Positions 20,528-25,956 of a stretch of 25,956 bases of DNA are shown one piece after another (within the stretch, counting starts at the first letter, position 1; each line of letters begins with the position of its first letter). The stretch is taken from positions 1 to 25,956 of the forward strand of contig NIVC01005112.1 in NCBI GenBank assembly GCA_002269645.1, written 5' to 3'. Position numbers and translations under genes: made by a program. Origin of the DNA: Macrostomum lignano. Its lineage: Eukaryota. The notes beneath the pieces were generated by a model. It ran no database searches, was not told the DNA's origin, and saw only the letters and a list, made by a program, of their open reading frames with translations.

Positions 20528-20685
20528 TTTTACTATAGAAACTTTAACAAGTGCTTATTTGATGACTAGCAAGGACATTGACTTCCTCACTCAGGCCACT
20601 ACGTAACCTGCAAAAGAATACCCTGGAATATGAAGTTCTCCTGGGTATTTTCCAGTGGCGAAGATGGGTGGTAGTTTTGTTATAG

Positions 20686-21261
20686 CTGACTGAATATCTA
20701 AAGCATTTCCTAGAAATAATGGTTTACTGAAGGCCATTTTATATATATAAAATTTACTATCGTTGAATTGGATGACACTTTCATATTGTATATACCTGAA
20801 ATTGCATTAAATTGACCCGAGGATCCAACCTTTCTCATGGTTTTAGAGCTGGAATCGTGAAAATTGCACTTTTTAAAAAAAATAGAAAATCACAAAAAAT
20901 CGCTGTTTTCAGACCATTTTCACCTGTTTTTAGTCATTTTTCAGTTATTTTTAGTGATTTTCAAAATGAGTGAGGGCATGAGGGCGAGGGCACCCCCCTT
21001 TTTAAAAGTATAAAAAATCCGGAAATTCTGTCTTCTGAGAAATATACCACAGGCCAATGCCCCCCACATGCCCTCACCCTCAACACCCTCAGTCACAGAT
21101 ATATGTATATTTATATATTTTTATATTTATCACACACACACTTGAATCCATGACCACCTGGTAGTAGTAGTATGTTATAAGGGGCTGAGTCATCCAGCGA
21201 GCTGGCGCGTAATGCGCCCGAGCGATAAGTGTGGCGCAGCCCCTTATAACATACTACTACT
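20686..21261 (-). repeat. Right terminal inverted repeat (576 bp), including the fold-back cassette 21163-21261
   Basis: Reverse complement of 3043-3616. Confidence 0.95.
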
Positions 21262-21527
21262 GATCCAGATAGAACAGACACAGATCCTAGAATCATATTG
21301 CTGTAGTCGAAAAATTTACAGTGGCTTTCATAGCGTTTAATTTTCTTTGTGTTGTGGAAAATATTTTTTTCAAGATCATCTCGCATTTTTTGAATCTCTA
21401 CCAGTCGAAACTGTTGAGAGTTACAAGTAATGACGGGGTAGAGTTTTTGTTGCTCATATTGGGGTGCACTAGGTGCACTAGGTGTTGTGGGAGCATTCGG
21501 ATCATAAAGAGAATTTTGAGCATCCAT
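21262..21527 (-). pseudogene. GasderminX-like protein truncated by the element-1 right end
   Basis: LYPVI...FRLVEIQKMRDDLEK...KKIKRY...DYSNMILGSVSVLSG aligns with the 3688 ORF; the reading frame runs into the TIR at LSGS|VVVCYKG. Confidence 0.75.
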
Positions 21528-21638
21528 TTTTTTAAAGAAATTTTTAAAAAAATAATCGGCAACTAGTTGGTGGTGGTTAGATTTGTTTTACGGTTGATTG
21601 CTTCGTCTGCAGTGACGGCAACAGGTCTCTGAATCTGC

Positions 21639-22382
21639 CTATTCATTATCTGTGAGCTCCATTCTACGCATGATCTCAAACAAGTCGGTTGGATCACTTG
21701 TTTCCCTTGTGGTCTGTGGTGCCTCTTCAGCGTCAATGTTTTTGAGATTATGCAAGCGTTCAAGACGACCGATTCTTCTCACCGATTTCTGCCATTCGGT
21801 AAAAACTAAATCTACAAAGACTTTAATTGCAGTAATTCTTACTTTGATTTGATCATGCAACGCTGTTGACTGAGTCATGAACTCTTCTAAATTCCTCACT
21901 TTACATGTGTTGGTTGCGACGTTTTCTTTAATTCTATCATGCAATGCTGTTGACTGGTTCATGAACTCTTCTAAATTCCTCACTTTAACTGTGTTTGTGA
22001 AAACTCCTTCTTCAAGAATGCGCATCCGCCTATCAATGGAGTTTCTCAGAAGATTAATTGTCGATGCTAAATTTGTTCTTAAACCGTTGATTTGCGAGAC
22101 TGCCGAAGTTATTTCTGACCTAAGTTCATTAGTTGCGTTTAACAACGGCACATAAAGCTTATCACTTTCAAACTTCTGCCTAGCTACTTTAAGCCTGAGA
22201 TCTTCCATGTTTATTTGCAACTGGTGCATGGAGCGCTCCAGGGCTTTCAGTCTGTTTTTATTCAGTTTGATCTCTGGGATCTTTTCGTCGCTGTTGATAT
22301 ATCGCCTGTCAAGTATGGATATTTGAGCTGATGTAAGAGCGCTGTTGCCAGAAATGGATTCACCTGCAAAGTTTATTGACAT
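21639..22382 (-). CDS. Coiled-coil protein with spike-like N-terminal anchor and an 84-bp internal duplication
   Basis: MSINFAGES...LDRRYINSDE resembles NQFGYSS...DDRYINENE of the element-1 spike; two 28-aa repeats containing KVRNLEEFMxQSTALHD. Confidence 0.6.
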   Translation of the reverse strand: MSINFAGESISGNSALTSAQISILDRRYINSDEKIPEIKLNKNRLKALERSMHQLQINMEDLRLKVARQKFESDKLYVPLLNATNELRSEITSAVSQINGLRTNLASTINLLRNSIDRRMRILEEGVFTNTVKVRNLEEFMNQSTALHDRIKENVATNTCKVRNLEEFMTQSTALHDQIKVRITAIKVFVDLVFTEWQKSVRRIGRLERLHNLKNIDAEEAPQTTRETSDPTDLFEIMRRMELTDNE

Positions 22383-22398
22383 CTTTTAATAGCAAATT

Positions 22399-23199
22399 TT
22401 AAATTACAGTTCTTTTTTCTTTGCTGATAATCACAAACTGGTAAGGCTGATTCCACTTGTCATAGCAAAGATTAACGAATTCCTCTTGTGAAATCTTTCT
22501 GCTTGAGTTTTTTGTTGGATTTATGAAATAGGCAGGCGCAATGACCTCATTGTAAAATCTTTTTAACCTGTCCTGTGGAATGGTTGGAAACAGGAGAATC
22601 AGATTGCAGTTCCCACGAATTGTTTTGTTCGGGAGCTCGAACCAGTTCTGTGCAATGTAAATTACATTACAATTGTTATGTCGTCCTCTTGTAAAATAGT
22701 TTTCTATCTGCTTCTGTGGGCCTGTCATACAATCATCAAAGACGATCAAATGCTTTCTCCCCTTTTCTAGCTCATCTGGTTGGGGTAGAAGTTTGGTCTT
22801 TGGATCAGCCTGTGGATCTCCATAGGTGAACACTTTAATGTTCTGCCATTTTTCATTGTCTTTGAGGTGCTTTGCATATTCGGCAGCTACAATTTCAGGG
22901 TTACTGGGAAGGCTCATTTGGTTATTAAAACATGCAATAATGTCCTCTTTGTTCAGCTTGTTTTGAAGCCCTGCAATCAGCATTCTATACTCATCTTGAT
23001 ACAGTGTGGGAGAGTAGATGTGCAGAGTGTCATAGTCGATAAAGCCAGGTCTAAGAAGCATGTTAAAGACTCTGAATGTTTTACCTGAACCTGATGAACC
23101 AACAACAATGCATCTGAAGTGACTCGGGATTGACTCATGATGAGAAAACTTAATCTGATTACGTGTCCAGTGAGGATTGAAGTCGTTTGAAAAGTCCAT
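22399..23199 (-). CDS. FtsK/A32-like packaging ATPase (element 2), intact
   Basis: GSSGSGKT; LIVFDD; FTRGRHNNCNVIYIAQ; IRGN. Confidence 0.92.
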   Translation of the reverse strand: MDFSNDFNPHWTRNQIKFSHHESIPSHFRCIVVGSSGSGKTFRVFNMLLRPGFIDYDTLHIYSPTLYQDEYRMLIAGLQNKLNKEDIIACFNNQMSLPSNPEIVAAEYAKHLKDNEKWQNIKVFTYGDPQADPKTKLLPQPDELEKGRKHLIVFDDCMTGPQKQIENYFTRGRHNNCNVIYIAQNWFELPNKTIRGNCNLILLFPTIPQDRLKRFYNEVIAPAYFINPTKNSSRKISQEEFVNLCYDKWNQPYQFVIISKEKRTVI

Positions 23200-23239
23200 T
23201 TTTTCTATGATGAAAAAAATTTAAATAATAAATAATGTA

Positions 23240-23407
23240 GATGTGTCATTTCGGGACTTAGATGTGTCATTTTGGGACTTAGATGTGTCATTTTGGGACT
23301 TGGATGTGTTATTTTGGGACTTAGATGTGTCATTTTGGGACTTAGATGTGTCATTTTGGGACTTAAATGTGTCATTTTGGTACTTAATTGTGTCATTTTG
23401 GGACTAG
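23240..23407. repeat. 21-bp tandem repeat, 8 copies, intergenic
   Basis: Unit GATGTGTCATTTTGGGACTTA at 23240, 23261, 23282, 23303, 23324, 23345, 23366 and 23387. Confidence 0.95.
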
Positions 23408-23447
23408 TCTTGTACCTTTACATTTCTTGTACCCTCGGAAAGTACCT

Positions 23448-23825
23448 TTAGTCAAATTTGAAACCACTTCCTTTTTTAATGCTAGCTCTCATCTTCTCAT
23501 AGACTGCAGGGTCCACACTGTCTGGATTTGGGGCCAGCGGGGCCAGCGGTTGAATCTCTTGTTTAGGTGTTACAGTATCCTTTATCTTTTTGGCTGCTGT
23601 GGCTACACTGCCAGCCGCTTCGGCAACGTTCTTGATGTTCTCTTTGTTCTCTCCAATGACCTTAAAAATCTTAGCCCCCTGAGCGATCAAATCAGCAAGG
23701 CCATTCCCAGAGCGTTCTTTTCTTGGATAGTGGCCTGCAGGGAAAAGTCCAGATCCGCGTTTAATGAGATTAAGTTCCTCTTTGTCATAGTATTTGTCAA
23801 TGTCTTTTTCGAAAATAATTGGCAT
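23448..23825 (-). CDS. Protein VI-like core protein (element 2)
   Basis: TAAAAAGATG start at 23825; GSGL, GNG-LADLIAQGAKIF amphipathic helix, terminal GSGF. Confidence 0.55.
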   Translation of the reverse strand: MPIIFEKDIDKYYDKEELNLIKRGSGLFPAGHYPRKERSGNGLADLIAQGAKIFKVIGENKENIKNVAEAAGSVATAAKKIKDTVTPKQEIQPLAPLAPNPDSVDPAVYEKMRASIKKGSGFKFD

Positions 23826-23841
23826 CTTTTTAAATAGAAAT

Positions 23842-25056
23842 TTATTTTTTGTTAAACCGTGAAAGCAGAAGCTCTCTCGCCCTCTTATCGATGTATTTTC
23901 TCTCAAGCATTTTATTGAGGATGTGAACGAACTCTTTTCTATTCTCATCTTTCATTCCGGTCTTTGCTGCTCCTAGAAGAACCGCTACTCGCTTGTAGAT
24001 TTCAGCTATTCCTTTTCCAGTTGAAGGCGGTTGGTCTTGAGGTTGTGGAGTTGGTTGGGCTTGTGGCTGCTGGGGAGGTGATGCAAAAGACTGCTCACTT
24101 TCAGAGATGGAACTGTCATGTGGTGCCTGTCTCTGTTGAGGTGTGAAAACTCTTTGCTTGATTCTGTTCATTCGATCTGGGGAGTGTTGTTCTAAGTGTT
24201 GCCAGTCTGTTGGGTTTTGTTTCTTATATTCAGCTACTTTCAAAGGGTCTAACTGCTCGAGATGACTGAGTACTTGTTCTTCTGTGGAATGTTGCTGCTG
24301 TTGTGGCGGTCGTTGTTGTTGTTGTGGTTGCTGTTGCTGTTGTTCTAGATATTTCATCTGATCAATGACTTCCCCCTGATCTGGCAAACCAAACCATTGT
24401 TTAAAGTGCTTGTACTTTTTGAAATTAGTCAGGTTGACACCGCCATCGTACATGTGTTTCAGAACTTCTGGGACCTTTAGTATTTCTATATCTCTAGCAA
24501 GAGAAAAAATCACTAGATCTCTGTAGTTCTTTAGCTGTTTGTCCGAGATTCTCTCTTGGTTCTTGGTCATAAAATTCAGTAAGGTTTCTGTGAAAGGAAT
24601 GCTCTTAGTTTCCGAGCCTTTGACAACAGAAATATGTTTCTTATTTATGTCGATATAATATTCCACTGGTTCATTATAAATGTTTCTTCTCCACATACTT
24701 ATTCCAAATACATATTTCCCATCATGTTCTACACGCTCTACTGGTCCAAAAATGTTATCTGTCACTTTTAGTTGCTGTTGTGGTTGTGATTGTTGTGGTT
24801 GCGGCTGTATCTGTGGTGCTTCTGGAATTTTGCCCAAAACCTTTTGCACTTGGGTTTCCTGTATGTCGTCGATAGTTTCTTTGACCTGATCAATATTTTT
24901 CTTAGCTTCTCCATACCCGGGTTTATGAAACTCTGTGGCTGCTTGGACAAACTCATTGTAGGATTGTTGCTCCTTATTTATTAGCTTGGTAACTCTCTTT
25001 TCTGCCTGCGCCAGCTTTTCTAGTTCAGATATCTGCTGTGTACTTTTTCGCTTCAT
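23842..25056 (-). CDS. Gln/Pro-rich core protein (element 2)
   Basis: 404-aa intact ORF; C-terminal motif shared with 14756-15487. Confidence 0.6.
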   Translation of the reverse strand: MKRKSTQQISELEKLAQAEKRVTKLINKEQQSYNEFVQAATEFHKPGYGEAKKNIDQVKETIDDIQETQVQKVLGKIPEAPQIQPQPQQSQPQQQLKVTDNIFGPVERVEHDGKYVFGISMWRRNIYNEPVEYYIDINKKHISVVKGSETKSIPFTETLLNFMTKNQERISDKQLKNYRDLVIFSLARDIEILKVPEVLKHMYDGGVNLTNFKKYKHFKQWFGLPDQGEVIDQMKYLEQQQQQPQQQQRPPQQQQHSTEEQVLSHLEQLDPLKVAEYKKQNPTDWQHLEQHSPDRMNRIKQRVFTPQQRQAPHDSSISESEQSFASPPQQPQAQPTPQPQDQPPSTGKGIAEIYKRVAVLLGAAKTGMKDENRKEFVHILNKMLERKYIDKRARELLLSRFNKK

Positions 25057-25087
25057 TTCTTATTTTATTTTATTTTTAGTTAAAAAA

Positions 25088-25956
25088 ATGAACGACCCAC
25101 TGACACCAGTTTTCTACAAGATTAACAAGCCTATTTTGAGTGATGATAGCACAATCAAAGCGACTCAGGTAAGAGTTCCCAGTCAGGAAAATCAGAATGA
25201 AACTAATCTTGGTCCTGGTCAAACACTGACATTTACATACAATGGATGTTCGTCTTTGGTTAGTGTGCACAGTCTTAAGAGCGGCTTCCATATGACATTT
25301 CAATTCAAGACAAAGGGTGGTGCGGATGCGGCTCGTGCTAACGTTGACAAGCATGATGCGGATGTGGCTCTGATCAGTAACTTTTGGGCGTACATGTTCA
25401 AGGAGTTTAGTGTATCGAATGGGAGCACTGAGTTGGAGCGAATCGCCAACTTTGGAATTGTCTATGACGCTCATTGTTTGATCGAGAATCCTGATTTTAT
25501 TCAATTGGGAAGTGGTGCGGGTTTTATTGCAGACGAAAAAGAAGGAGATATCAATGACAGTGGCTATAAAAAGGAAGAAGAGATACAACTATGCATTGCA
25601 AGGTGCTGATGATGCTGCTAAGAACCCGCTGTATCGGTCTGTTGATGTATTTGTACCATTGAGATTCATGAGTGGATTCTGTAATACATTTAATCGACTG
25701 ACTAGTAACTTTAGCTACACCTTTAAGATGACTAGAGATGATCGCAGTAGAGTGTTGTGGACTGGGCGGACCACACAAGGATGGAGGTGAAGCTAACCGG
25801 AATCGAGCTGTATTTGGAAGTCATTGAGCCAAGACTGCACTGCACTAAAAGCTGATTATCTTAAGGCAATAGAGAAGGACATTGATGTTGCATACACGGC
25901 CTACATGTGTCGAGATGAGCGAAACGAAACTAGAACAAACATCTGCATTAAAGAGG
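25088..25956 (+). pseudogene. Major capsid protein of element 2, 5' part, frameshifted (~25590, ~25770, ~25850)
   Basis: TAAAAAAATG start; NL...GQTLTF...ALISNFWAYMFKEF...IANFG...GFIAD pattern parallels element-1 MCP; continues VPLRFMSGF...FKMTR...KLTGIELYLEVIEP. Confidence 0.7.

Larger units (their letters stand above)
3043..21261. mobile_element. Complete Polinton/Maverick-type endogenous virus (adintovirus-like), element 1, 18,219 bp
   Basis: TIRs begin 5'-AGTAGTAGT and end ACTACTACT-3'; full hallmark set of pPolB, integrase, FtsK/A32 ATPase, adenain-like protease, and major and minor capsid proteins. Confidence 0.95.
21262..25956. mobile_element. Second, divergent Polinton-like element (partial; runs off the window)
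   Basis: Own ATPase, MCP and homologues of three or more element-1 genes in a different order, with low identity. Confidence 0.88.

Noticed and set aside
23205-23396. MTHLSPK-repeat ORF
   Set aside because: In-frame by virtue of the 21-bp period; lacks the AAAAATG context

Overview
Eukaryotic (probably animal) genomic DNA. Bases 1-3042 are host-like and rich in simple repeats. Bases 3043-21261 are a complete 18.2-kb Polinton/Maverick-type (adintovirus-like) endogenous DNA virus. It is bounded by ~575-bp terminal inverted repeats that start with AGTAGTAGT. It encodes a protein-primed PolB, a Prim-Pol/PriCT-2/SF3 primase-helicase, a RING protein, a double-F5/8C spike candidate, an adenain-like protease, minor and major capsid proteins, a packaging ATPase, core proteins, a retroviral-type integrase, a PLA2X domain, a GasderminX-like membrane protein and a PD-(D/E)xK nuclease. 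Its right end abuts, without a target-site duplication, a second divergent Polinton-like element (21262 to the window end) that has its own ATPase and capsid gene. Top observation: the nuclease looks Eco47II-like (GGNCC-cutting) and has no recognisable methylase partner. A manual scan found no GGNCC site in the 18.2-kb element, versus 8 in the 4.7-kb neighbour and at least 6 in the 3-kb host flank. This suggests restriction with self-protection by sequence purging. Many genes carry 1-nt indels, often in homopolymers, which may be sequencing error or decay. All family calls come from motif recognition by eye, not database searches.
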